Assembly (NCBI GenBank): GCA_964438395.1
Contig: CAYTLC010000047.1
Span: forward strand, 1 to 14,819
Reading direction: 5' to 3'
DNA: 14,819 nt
Source of the DNA: an uncultured Candidatus Scalindua sp.
GTDB lineage: Bacteria > Planctomycetota > Brocadiia > Brocadiales > Scalinduaceae
Made by a program: the position numbers and the translations under genes. Under the pieces are notes generated by a model. It saw only the letters and a list, made by a program, of their open reading frames with translations, made no database searches and was not told the DNA's origin. How positions within the stretch are numbered: the first letter of the stretch is position 1; each line of letters begins with the position of its first letter. Positions 1 to 8,128 of this stretch are shown piece by piece.

Positions 1-1101
1 ATTCTTCCCTGTGCCCATGCAGCCGAATCAACTACAGTGACGGTGGACGGTGTTGGCACATTAATAGGGAATGACAAGGCACGTGCGAGGGATGAGGCAC
101 TCAGAGACGCTTACCGGATGGCACTTGAAAAGGCCGGGGTTAACATGAGCACATATACAGAGATGGTGGACCTTGTCGTAATAAAGGATGTCGTACGCGC
201 AGAAGTATCTGGTCATGTGACGTCCTGGGAGATAGAAGATGAAGGTGTGCGGGGTGACGGTCTCTACTACGTGACCATAACGGCAAAAGTTGTAAAAGCT
301 CCTATTAAGAAAGATGATAAAGAGGCGTTGAGGTTGATTATAAACATGATGGGTAACCCCAGGTTTATCGTATTGATAGACGAGGCGAATAATGGAGAGA
401 AACCACCGTTTTCCACTCTTGAAGCTACGCTGACGGAGACATTGACTGATTATGGATACCACAGCATTGACCCGATACAGCAAAAAATAATTGAAGAGAC
501 AGAAGATGCCAGAAGGGCAATAGGGGGAGATACTAAAGCGGCACAGAAGCTTGCTATGAGAATGCAGGCTGACGTGATAATTACCGGCAAGGTATATACA
601 GAAAAGCTGCCAAAGAATGAGTACTTTAAAGAGACTAACTGGGTATCGAGCAAGGCATACAGTACTGTCCGGGCAGTAATCGCAGAGACGGGTAAGGTAC
701 TGGATGTTGCCAGCCCGGAGAAACCGGGCGCTGGATTGACCTTCAATGATGCAGGGACTAAGGCAATCAAACAGTGCGGACAGAGCCTGGCAGACGATCT
801 TATATGGAACATTCCTCAGCATATAGATGTTTATGACGGAAAAACCATTCAATTGCTGGTAAACGGGATCGAATACTCCGACTACTCTAAGTTGACCGGT
901 GAATTAAGAAACATGAGAAAGGTGACATATGTATTCCCAAGAGGATGGGAAAAAGATCAACCTGCTGTCTACGATGTAAAGACTATGGGTAATGCAGAAG
1001 CTCTGGCAGCAAGGCTTGAAGCTTTCGGTATGGAGATAGTAAGATTCAGTATGAATAAGATAGAGGTGAAAAAGGCTAAAAAGGGTTGGTTTAGTTGGTG
1101 A
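1..1101 (+). CDS. Secreted FlgT-like / LPP20-domain envelope protein; 5' end lies outside the window
   Basis: Frame 1 is open from base 1. The first residues (ILPCAHA|AESTT) look like the tail of a Sec signal peptide with an AxA cleavage site, so the GTG at 37 in the ORF track is probably internal. Stop TGA at 1099-1101. The N-terminal segment (DKARARDEALRDAYRMALEKAGV...DVVRAEVSGHVTSWEI...YYVTITAKV) fits the LPP20/FlgT-N pattern and is clearly paralogous to the N-domain of ORF 2965-3762. The middle segment (RFIVLIDE...ADVIITGKVY...VRAVIAETGKVL) resembles a CsgG/FlgO-type alpha/beta domain. The antisense ORFs inside it are shadows. Confidence 0.75.
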   Translation: MLPCAHAAESTTVTVDGVGTLIGNDKARARDEALRDAYRMALEKAGVNMSTYTEMVDLVVIKDVVRAEVSGHVTSWEIEDEGVRGDGLYYVTITAKVVKAPIKKDDKEALRLIINMMGNPRFIVLIDEANNGEKPPFSTLEATLTETLTDYGYHSIDPIQQKIIEETEDARRAIGGDTKAAQKLAMRMQADVIITGKVYTEKLPKNEYFKETNWVSSKAYSTVRAVIAETGKVLDVASPEKPGAGLTFNDAGTKAIKQCGQSLADDLIWNIPQHIDVYDGKTIQLLVNGIEYSDYSKLTGELRNMRKVTYVFPRGWEKDQPAVYDVKTMGNAEALAARLEAFGMEIVRFSMNKIEVKKAKKGWFSW

Positions 1102-1227
1102 TAGGGAAAGACAAAAGTCTGGATTCACAATCCCAGAATTTCTAAATCCTTAAATCAGTAAAAAATTTGAGTAAATTTGTTGAGTTAGTGTCGTCTTTTT
1201 TATCTTCATTAATCTGTGCCCCGGAAT

Positions 1228-2772
1228 ATGCATATGAAAAGATTATTTGCCCTGACACTGTTATTAGTCATTCTTTGTTCGATGTTCGGTTGTGTTACTG
1301 TGAATATCGTTAAGGATACACACACGGTACCACCACCTCCTCAACAGAAGCAGACGGTTCCTATGTATATGGAAAAGGAATATTCTGCCCCTCAGAAGGT
1401 TGATGCCTCCGAATTTGAGAAAGATATGAAGAGAGGCCGCGATCTTCTGAGCCGAAAACAGTACGGGGAGTCTATCGACTGTTTTAAAGCAATTGCGATA
1501 AGACATCCCAGAGAGACAAAGGTTCAGTACTATATTGCACTTGCCTATGACGAGAGTGGTGATAAGAGAGAGGCTTTACGGGGGTACAAGAGTTTCGTCG
1601 ATATTCAGACAGGTAATGAGGTACTGGTACGGAAGTCCAGGAGCAGGATACGTGTGCTCAAGGACACTATTGCGGAGGAGCTTATCAAGGCGGCAACTGT
1701 ACTTGTAGAGGACCATGAGTATGGAGGTTCTTTTAAGAGGCTTGAAGAGGCGTATGACCTGCGACCATCTCCTGCCACATCAAAGAAAATTGTAGAGCTG
1801 TATGACAGGTATTCAATAAACTCTATAGCCTGGCAGATGTCATCCTTCGGTGATTTGTTATCTGAGAACTCTGTATCTATCGTGCCTTTTACTGATCTGG
1901 CAGGAGAAGGGACCAGGGAGGGGAGTGCCGTTGCGATGGAGCTTAAGAATGAGCTTGTTAATATGGAGGAGTTAGATGTCTATGTTCGCGATGATGCTTC
2001 TCTCAAAGCTATATTGAATGAGGTAGAGTTTGGTGATTCCGGCGCCATTGATGAAAAGACAAGAATAGAGCTGGGCAAACTGGTAAGCACCGGGGCAGTT
2101 ATTACGGGCAGGATCGGTTATGTTGCAGATACATTTAAGATCAATGGATGGATGATAAATGTAGAGACCGGTAAGATAATTACATCCAGGAGCGTCAGTG
2201 TCCTCGGTTGGAATATTGCAGATACGGATAAGTACGCCGATTTCAATATCAAGGTATGGATGGACAGGAAGGAGTACATTATCGGAGATTCGGTGGAGAT
2301 AAATGTACAGACCAACAAGGATTGTTTTGTTACCCTGCTGAACGTTCGCAGTAACGGAGAGATATGGGAGCTGTTCCCCAATAGCTATAATAAGAACAAT
2401 TTCGTAAGGGCAAACACGAGGCACACTATTCCGTCTGGTAATGACAATTTTCGACTGGCCATAGTAGCACCTTCCGGCCAGGATTACATAAAGGCGATAG
2501 CCACCTCAGTACCTATAACCAGAGAGCAGATATCACAGGTACTCTCTGAAGAGAACTCTATCCTGGTATCCCCGGCAGACATCGTCAGGCAGAGAGGAGA
2601 ATCTGCCTTCAGGTCTGTCTCGCCATCAGAGATGAGGGGTCTTCATGAAATCCTGACAAGAGGAGTAGGAGTATTTCCCGATCCGAAAGGCAATCTCAGT
2701 TACAACAATTCCGACTCCGATACCAGGTTTGAGTACGCAGTGAGCACATGGTCGTTTGTGACTAAGAGATGA
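1228..2772 (+). CDS. Probable lipoprotein: TPR-like region + CsgG/FlgO/TolB-N-like periplasmic domain + DUF4384-like C-terminal domain
   Basis: The ORF opens at GTG 1216, with in-frame ATGs at 1228 and 1234. MKRLFALTLLLVILCSMFG|C is a signal peptide with a lipobox-like Cys. TPR-like helices: RGRDLLSRKQYGESIDCFKAIAIRHP...YYIALAYDESGDKREALRGYKSF. CsgG/FlgO-like core: VSIVPFTDLAGEG..GSAVAMELKNELVN...LKAILNEVEFGDSGAIDEKTRIELGKLVSTGAVITGRIGYV...INGWMINVETGKIITSRSV. DUF4384-like: IKVWMDRKEYIIGDSVEINVQTNKDCFVTLLNVRSNGEIWELFPN...HTIP...FRLAIVAPSGQDYIKAIATSVPI. Exact start is uncertain (1216, 1228 or 1234). Confidence 0.8.
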   Translation: MHMKRLFALTLLLVILCSMFGCVTVNIVKDTHTVPPPPQQKQTVPMYMEKEYSAPQKVDASEFEKDMKRGRDLLSRKQYGESIDCFKAIAIRHPRETKVQYYIALAYDESGDKREALRGYKSFVDIQTGNEVLVRKSRSRIRVLKDTIAEELIKAATVLVEDHEYGGSFKRLEEAYDLRPSPATSKKIVELYDRYSINSIAWQMSSFGDLLSENSVSIVPFTDLAGEGTREGSAVAMELKNELVNMEELDVYVRDDASLKAILNEVEFGDSGAIDEKTRIELGKLVSTGAVITGRIGYVADTFKINGWMINVETGKIITSRSVSVLGWNIADTDKYADFNIKVWMDRKEYIIGDSVEINVQTNKDCFVTLLNVRSNGEIWELFPNSYNKNNFVRANTRHTIPSGNDNFRLAIVAPSGQDYIKAIATSVPITREQISQVLSEENSILVSPADIVRQRGESAFRSVSPSEMRGLHEILTRGVGVFPDPKGNLSYNNSDSDTRFEYAVSTWSFVTKR

Positions 2773-2865
2773 TTGAATGCAATTTATTATTGGATCTATC
2801 TGCTTTTCTCTGCGTGAGAACTTTTCTTGCACCAGATCCACTTCCCACAACGATTAATAGGTAAA

Positions 2866-2897
2866 GCACTTAAGTTATTTGGATTAAGTGCGCTTTT
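2866..2897 (+). terminator. Candidate rho-independent terminator after the lipoprotein gene
   Basis: Perfect 8-bp stem GCACTTAA (2866-2873) / TTAAGTGC (2884-2891) with a 10-nt loop, followed by GCTTTTA. It lies 94 nt after the stop at 2772. Confidence 0.5.
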
Positions 2898-2964
2898 ACA
2901 ATAAGTTTCAGATTTTCAAACTCTAAACCCAATTATATTTATTTAAGAAGAAAGGGGTTGTGAT

Positions 2965-3762
2965 ATGTATCTACGGAGACTTAAACTTCTAGTGGTAGTT
3001 ATGCTGTTTGCAGGAATGGCGTTTACCGGTCAAGCCACGCTTAAGGCTGGTGAAAAGGTGTCCAGCGGAAAGGCAAATATTAATATTGGTGGAGGAGAGA
3101 GGGGTACCATTAACTGGGGTACAGAATTTATCACAGCGAAGGGTATTGTTCCGATAACACAGAATGAAGCGCTTGCAAGAAGAGGTGCTATAGTTGATGC
3201 CAACAGGAGATTACTGGAGATAATCAAGGGTGTTCGTATAGATGCCAAGACTGTTATATCCGACCTTATGGAAGTAAATGATGTCGTAAAGCAGGAGGTG
3301 AGCGGAGTGATTACCCATGCTGAGATAGTGAGTGAAAGCCAGAAGAACGGGAATTACATCATAAATATGCGGGTACCTGTGGGGAAATTCATCTCACTCA
3401 TTGTGAAAGACACACAGGTTTCCATACCGGACTTTCCGGCACCCACTAAATATACTGGACTGCTTATAGATGCCAGGGGGCACAATCTGGAGCCTGCAAT
3501 ATTTGTCAGTATATATAATGACAAGGACGGAACAAAGATATGCGGACCGATCCATCCAATATACCGCGTAAGTGTGAAGGGTCTTAGTAGTATCAATGAA
3601 GATCGTCTTGGTGACAATCCACTCAGGATCAAGATTAAGGGAACAACCGGTCCGAGCAATGTTGACATTACATTAAGTAATGGAAGCTCTAAAAAGGTGA
3701 GGAAGAAGATAATGAATACCGGGATATTCTCAAAGAGTAAGGTCATTATCATAATTGACTAG
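2965..3762 (+). CDS. Secreted LPP20/FlgP-like domain protein
   Basis: ATG at 2965 is preceded by AAAGGGG 7 nt upstream. Sec signal peptide MYLRRLKLLVVVMLFAGMAFTGQA|T. LPP20-type N-domain: ITAKGIVPITQNEALARRGAIVDANRRLLEIIKGVRIDAKT...DVVKQEVSGVITHAEI...YIINMRVPV. C-terminal half contains YTGLLIDARGHNLEPAIFVSIYNDKDG..ICG. Paralogous to the N-domain of the first gene. Confidence 0.8.
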   Translation: MYLRRLKLLVVVMLFAGMAFTGQATLKAGEKVSSGKANINIGGGERGTINWGTEFITAKGIVPITQNEALARRGAIVDANRRLLEIIKGVRIDAKTVISDLMEVNDVVKQEVSGVITHAEIVSESQKNGNYIINMRVPVGKFISLIVKDTQVSIPDFPAPTKYTGLLIDARGHNLEPAIFVSIYNDKDGTKICGPIHPIYRVSVKGLSSINEDRLGDNPLRIKIKGTTGPSNVDITLSNGSSKKVRKKIMNTGIFSKSKVIIIID

Positions 3763-3853
3763 ATAACAACCAACCACAGTCGGTTCAATAATCGGAAGAA
3801 GCGTAATGGGGCTGTTGTGGTTAAATGGGGGAGGGGTAAACTAAAAGTAGTAT

Positions 3854-3906
3854 AAAAAAAGGCACAGAGAAATATATTGTTCTTATATATTTCCTGTGCC
3901 TTTTGA
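3854..3906. terminator. Bidirectional rho-independent terminator between convergent genes
   Basis: A7 tract (3854-3860), then the hairpin GGCACAGAGAAATATAT (3861-3877) / ATATATTTCCTGTGCC (3885-3900) with 16 bp, one bulged A and a 7-nt loop, then TTTT (3901-3904). The A-run and T-run flank the stem so it can terminate in both directions. It sits between the stop at 3762 (+) and the stop at 3918 (-). Confidence 0.8.
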
Positions 3907-3917
3907 GTTTAAATGAA

Positions 3918-5381
3918 TTAAACAGCTATGCCCTTGTCTGTCGGTACAGTAACAGCACTGCTCTTGTACCAATCCTTGTAATAGTCGCCTGAATCGTATA
4001 GTAGACGAAGATTTTCCAGCACCTGCTCAAACACTTGTATCCAGTCAGAGCCAACCCTGAACCCAAACATTGCATTACGTTTACCGTGAGTTGTGCTGCC
4101 GATAGTCTGAAGTGATTTTCTAAATCTTAGTCTTATATTGTCACCGGCGTACAGATGGTCATACATATATTGCATGCCTTCAATGAACTCCTCAAGGTTC
4201 ATATCTATGAGTCTATGAACTACATGTGCAGTATCATAATATTTCCAGTCTTCAGGATAGTTCTTTCTGAAAATCCTCTTTTCAGAGTCAAGCCTGTCGT
4301 AAAGCGCAGTCTTAGGAAACGGGCAGTTGATTCCAAAGGTAAGAACATCAATATTGTTTTGCAGTACAAAATCTGTCATCCTTTTGAATGAATCTTTGTC
4401 ATCTCCATCTGCTCCAAGAACTATTGATCCCCAGACAACCAGGCCATGATCGTGAATTTTCTGAACGCTGTCATAATACTTATCAGCACCAATCCTTAAG
4501 TTAGTCGTTTTATTCATCTTTTCCAGAACCGCTTCATTTGTTGATTCTATGCCGCAGAGAAATCCAAAATTTCCACTCTTTGCCATAAGATCAAGCACCT
4601 CTGCATCCTTTGATATATTGAGTGCAGTAAATCCAAGCCAGTCCTTTTTGATGCCCCTGTCTATCATGCCGCGAAAGAGGTCTTTTGCCCTGTTAGCAGA
4701 GTTCTTACTATGTCCATAGAAGTTATCTTCTGCAAACATGAGTCCCTGATAATCAGTTGATTCCATTTCGTCCAGAACATCTTCAAACGGTCTTTCTCTA
4801 TATTTCTTTCCCTGAAAGGTCGGTACGCTGCAGAAATCGCAGTAATTTGGACAACCTTTAGTTGTAACAATTGATGAAAACTTATAATCATATTTCTTCT
4901 TCAGGAGTTCTCTATCCGGAAATACATGTTTCATCTCTGACAGGCCTGGCAGCCCGCCTTCGTACTTCTTTTTGAGTTCGCCTTTTTCAAAATCTTTAAC
5001 GACTTGTGGCCACAATGTTTCGGCCTCTCCGATAAAAATTGCATCCACATGTTGTGAGGCTTCTTCCGGTACTACTGAAGCGTGTATGCCACCCATTACT
5101 ACGGTCATGCCTTTTTCTCTGCAGACCTTAGCTATCTGGTAAGCTCTTGGCACTTGATATGTAACAGAAGTGATACAAACCATATCCACAGGTTCAAATG
5201 TAATATCTCCTTTATCATCCAGAGCCAGTTCAAGATTTTCATCGATTACGTCAAACTCCCAGTCACCAGGTGTAAGGGCTGCTATGTATGCAAGATTTAA
5301 AGGCATTTGAACTATGACAGTTATGCTCTCCTCGCCATGTCTCCCGGGGGGATGTGGATTGATCAGCATCATTTTTCTCAT
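3918..5381 (-). CDS. Cobalamin (B12)-binding-domain radical SAM enzyme
   Basis: 487 aa. The N-terminal B12-binding-type Rossmann segment (MVCITSVTYQVPRAYQIAKVCREKGMTVVMGGIHASVVPEE) is followed by the radical SAM cluster motif TTKGCPNYCDFCS (CxxxCxxC). Strong SD AGGAGGA (5389-5395) sits 7 nt before ATG 5381 and overlaps the upstream gene's stop codon. Confidence 0.9.
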   Translation of the reverse strand: MRKMMLINPHPPGRHGEESITVIVQMPLNLAYIAALTPGDWEFDVIDENLELALDDKGDITFEPVDMVCITSVTYQVPRAYQIAKVCREKGMTVVMGGIHASVVPEEASQHVDAIFIGEAETLWPQVVKDFEKGELKKKYEGGLPGLSEMKHVFPDRELLKKKYDYKFSSIVTTKGCPNYCDFCSVPTFQGKKYRERPFEDVLDEMESTDYQGLMFAEDNFYGHSKNSANRAKDLFRGMIDRGIKKDWLGFTALNISKDAEVLDLMAKSGNFGFLCGIESTNEAVLEKMNKTTNLRIGADKYYDSVQKIHDHGLVVWGSIVLGADGDDKDSFKRMTDFVLQNNIDVLTFGINCPFPKTALYDRLDSEKRIFRKNYPEDWKYYDTAHVVHRLIDMNLEEFIEGMQYMYDHLYAGDNIRLRFRKSLQTIGSTTHGKRNAMFGFRVGSDWIQVFEQVLENLRLLYDSGDYYKDWYKSSAVTVPTDKGIAV

Positions 5382-5393
5382 TTTTTTATCCTC

Positions 5394-6827
5394 CTAATTA
5401 TTTAAAATCATATTGGCCACCCTCCAACCAGAGGATACTACAGCACATATCCCCGGCCCCGGATTAGTCCAGTGCCCGGCCAGAAAAAGATTTTTGAAGG
5501 GTGTTGTGTGTGAAAGTCTATTTGACCACGTCTGGTCTACAGTAACGGCCCAGCCATAGGCTGCGCCTTTTGAGTTGAGTGTGTAACGATATAACGTCTT
5601 CGGTGTGGCAGCGTCAATTACCTCTATATGGTCCTGGATTTCCGGTACAAAATTTTCCAGATAATTTATTGTATGTTTTTTCATTTTATCTTTATATGCA
5701 ACCCAATCGTCTATGTCGTCATAATTATCTCTTGACGAGACAACAACAGAAATTATTTGTTTGTTATCAGGTGCCAGGCTTGGATCAACTTCCGTAGGAA
5801 CGGAAATATAAAACCAGTCGTTACCTGAAAAACTTAAGTCATTTGATGTATGGTAAAAACCTCTTTTAAGGTCTTTTAAGTCTATTTTGTTATCAAGGCC
5901 AAGGTATAGTAAAAAGAAAGAAACACTTTCCTTCATATTCTCAATCTTGCGAAGATAAGAGTCGTCAACGCTGTTTTTGTCTAATAAAGAGAAAAATGTT
6001 TGTTTTGGATCTATGTTTGAGACAAAGATATCAGCCGAAATTTCCCCTCCTTTTTTAGTTGTAACTCCTTTTATAATATTACTATCCGTAAGCAATCCCT
6101 CAACGCTAGAAGATAGCATAATGTGACCGCCATAGTCAATAAATTTTTGGGTTATCGCATCAGCGAAATTCTGGGTACCACCGACAGGGAAATAAGCTCC
6201 ATCTTTTAGATAATTTACCAACATTTGACACATACCAATAGCTGAAACCTCATGAGGAGGGGAACCAATGTATCCCCACTGTGCAGACAGAGTCATCTTG
6301 AGCTGCTCATCTGTAAAAAAATTGTCCAGCATTTCCTTGTAGGTAAGGTTCTGGTATTTGATGAGCATTTTATGCGCTTCAGTGCTGAATGTAGCCCTGT
6401 ATAATCGGGTGAATTCCTTAAAAAATAGTGATAGTTGTTCTCTTTCTGATGGAAACCGTTCCTTCAGCAGATCCACATAATCATCTATTTCGGCAGGTAC
6501 ATCAATGGAAAATGAGGGGAAATGTATGCTGTCCATCGGATCAAGCTGTAGAAAATTAATATTTATGTCAAGCTCTTTAAGGCACCTGCCAACTACACTC
6601 CATTTTCCACACCCACCAATATGATGAACTGCTGAATCGAAAATAAAACCTTTTCTCTTAAAAGAGGTACAATAACCACCGGGGATACTATGTTGTTCAA
6701 TAATCAGCACGCTCTTTCCCTGTTTTGCCAGGAAAGTCCCGCAGATTAGACCGGCAATTCCGGCACCCAGTACAATTGCATCATACTTGGATTTAATTTC
6801 AGATTTGTTCAGGGAGAAATTACTCAT
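5394..6827 (-). CDS. FAD-dependent oxidoreductase, phytoene desaturase (CrtI/CrtD)-like
   Basis: 477 aa. N-terminal dinucleotide-binding motif YDAIVLGAGIAGLICGTFLAKQGKSVLIIEQHSIPGG. C-terminal FAD-contact motif NLFLAGHWTNPGPGICAVVSSG, typical of the CrtI/amine-oxidase superfamily. Lies 19 nt downstream of the KS-like gene. Confidence 0.85.
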   Translation of the reverse strand: MSNFSLNKSEIKSKYDAIVLGAGIAGLICGTFLAKQGKSVLIIEQHSIPGGYCTSFKRKGFIFDSAVHHIGGCGKWSVVGRCLKELDININFLQLDPMDSIHFPSFSIDVPAEIDDYVDLLKERFPSEREQLSLFFKEFTRLYRATFSTEAHKMLIKYQNLTYKEMLDNFFTDEQLKMTLSAQWGYIGSPPHEVSAIGMCQMLVNYLKDGAYFPVGGTQNFADAITQKFIDYGGHIMLSSSVEGLLTDSNIIKGVTTKKGGEISADIFVSNIDPKQTFFSLLDKNSVDDSYLRKIENMKESVSFFLLYLGLDNKIDLKDLKRGFYHTSNDLSFSGNDWFYISVPTEVDPSLAPDNKQIISVVVSSRDNYDDIDDWVAYKDKMKKHTINYLENFVPEIQDHIEVIDAATPKTLYRYTLNSKGAAYGWAVTVDQTWSNRLSHTTPFKNLFLAGHWTNPGPGICAVVSSGWRVANMILNN

Positions 6828-6846
6828 GAAAGATGTCGCTATGAAG

Positions 6847-8079
6847 TTATGAATATTTTGAGATGATTACGGAAGAGATGTTGCCTGTGTCGGAAAAGGA
6901 GTTGACCAGTACATTGTTTACTTCTGCCTCTCTGCTATCGTTAGGTACGCAATCCAGGTTACACTCTTCATCTTTTTCCTGATAGTTTATTGTCGGAGGG
7001 ATTATACCGTTATTGATTGATAATACACCGGCAACACATTGTAATGAACCTGATGCGTCAAGGCACTCTCCTGTCATAGACTTTATAGCACTTACAGGTA
7101 CTTTATCAGCGCTGTCACCAAAGTAGTCTCTAATGATTTTTGCTTCCATCATGTCACCTGTTACGCTGGAATTTGCACATGCGGATATATAAGAAACGTC
7201 TTCTTTGTTAATCCCGGCATCTTCCATTGCCATAGAGATACTCCTTACACCTTGAGTAGTGTTAATATCGTCACGTGAGGTTTTGTCCGGATTAAACGTA
7301 CATCCGTACCCTTTTATCTCGGCATAGATTTTCGCATTTCTCTCCAATGCGTCTTCAAGCCTTTCTATAACAAGTAACGCAGAAGCTTCACCAATTACAA
7401 AGCCGTTACGTCTTTTGTCAAATGGCGCGGAGATTTCAGCAGCATCACTGCTTCCTGACAATACTCCTGAACTGTAAGCACCCCAGAAAATATCACGGGT
7501 TAAACCATGAACTCCACCGGCTAATACAGCTTTTCCTCTACCTAGCTGTAGGAAATCAGAGGCGTAAATGATAGCGTCCAGTCCGCTGGCAGTTCCATTA
7601 GATATTGTAGAATTTAAACCTGTCGCATTGCAGAAAATAGATACTCTGCTTGCCGGTGCATTCAAGACAGTGTTCGGGAATGCCATGGGATTTACGAAAG
7701 TTGGTCCTTCCTGTAATCCTTCCAGGTCGAATGAGCTGATACTATCAATACTTCCATACGTTGACCCGATTACTATTCCAGTTTCTTCGGCACCATAAGT
7801 TTCGTGAGTGATATTAGCATCTTCCATGGCAAGCTTTGCAGAAGAAGATACCAATAGCGATGTTCTGTCAATGTGCCTGATGCCTTTTTTACCCAGGTAT
7901 TCCTTTGGATCAAAATCAGCAATCTCACCCGCTTTTTTGCTTTTGAATTTGGACACGTCAAAAAGGGTGATATCTTTTATTCCTGAGACACCATTCGTCA
8001 AATTGGTCCAGAACTCATCCTTGTTTACACCGATTGGCGATAAAACACTAATTCCTGTTATAACCAGGCGACTATCCAT
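6847..8079 (-). CDS. Ketosynthase-like protein lacking the catalytic Cys-His-His triad (chain-length-factor-like partner subunit)
   Basis: 410 aa with the full-length KAS-II fold (RLVITGISVLSPIGVNKDEFW...; ...PPTINY...CNLDCVPN). In a by-eye alignment to E. coli FabF, the active-site Cys is Thr163 (STISNGTASG; ACT at 7591-7593), the first His is Cys301 (YISACANSS; TGT at 7177-7179), the catalytic Lys is Met310 (GDMME) and the second His is Glu338 (KSMTGECL; GAG at 7066-7068). The ORF is intact with no frameshift. Confidence 0.85.
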   Translation of the reverse strand: MDSRLVITGISVLSPIGVNKDEFWTNLTNGVSGIKDITLFDVSKFKSKKAGEIADFDPKEYLGKKGIRHIDRTSLLVSSSAKLAMEDANITHETYGAEETGIVIGSTYGSIDSISSFDLEGLQEGPTFVNPMAFPNTVLNAPASRVSIFCNATGLNSTISNGTASGLDAIIYASDFLQLGRGKAVLAGGVHGLTRDIFWGAYSSGVLSGSSDAAEISAPFDKRRNGFVIGEASALLVIERLEDALERNAKIYAEIKGYGCTFNPDKTSRDDINTTQGVRSISMAMEDAGINKEDVSYISACANSSVTGDMMEAKIIRDYFGDSADKVPVSAIKSMTGECLDASGSLQCVAGVLSINNGIIPPTINYQEKDEECNLDCVPNDSREAEVNNVLVNSFSDTGNISSVIISKYS

Positions 8080-8128
8080 ATAATTTTAAACCTCTTATTA
8101 TGAAAATAATTTAATAACTGAAAAAATA

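Noticed and set aside
61-852. Long antisense ORFs nested in real genes: 61-852, 450-812, 904-1128, 1264-1506, 1972-2424, 2118-2381, 3030-3248, 3354-3752, 4155-4391, 4664-4891, 5082-5300, 5579-5797, 7568-7798, 7773-7961, 7808-8083, 8383-8685, 9436-9789, 11191-11385, 11752-11973, 12716-13114, 13886-14086.
   Set aside because: Each lies entirely opposite to, or out of frame within, a gene with clear family motifs. Their translations are Cys/Leu/Ser/Phe-rich and low-complexity, with no recognisable motifs or SD sequences. They are typical shadow ORFs.
1118-1137. Imperfect hairpin TCTGGATT / AATCCCAGA after the first gene, considered as a terminator.
   Set aside because: The stem is bulged and 8 bp long, and only ATTTCT follows with no real T-run. 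It is too weak to annotate.
3808-3836. G-rich run (GGGG...GG...GGGGG.GGGG), considered as a G-quadruplex or orphan SD.
   Set aside because: There are only three G-tracts of 3 or more, and no start codon follows the GGAGGGG. Most likely it is incidental 3'-UTR sequence.
6847-8079. Reading the triad-less ketosynthase as a pseudogene.
   Set aside because: The ORF is full length (410 aa) with no frameshift or premature stop, and it retains fold-defining motifs at both termini. The pattern matches known non-catalytic KS partner subunits rather than decay.
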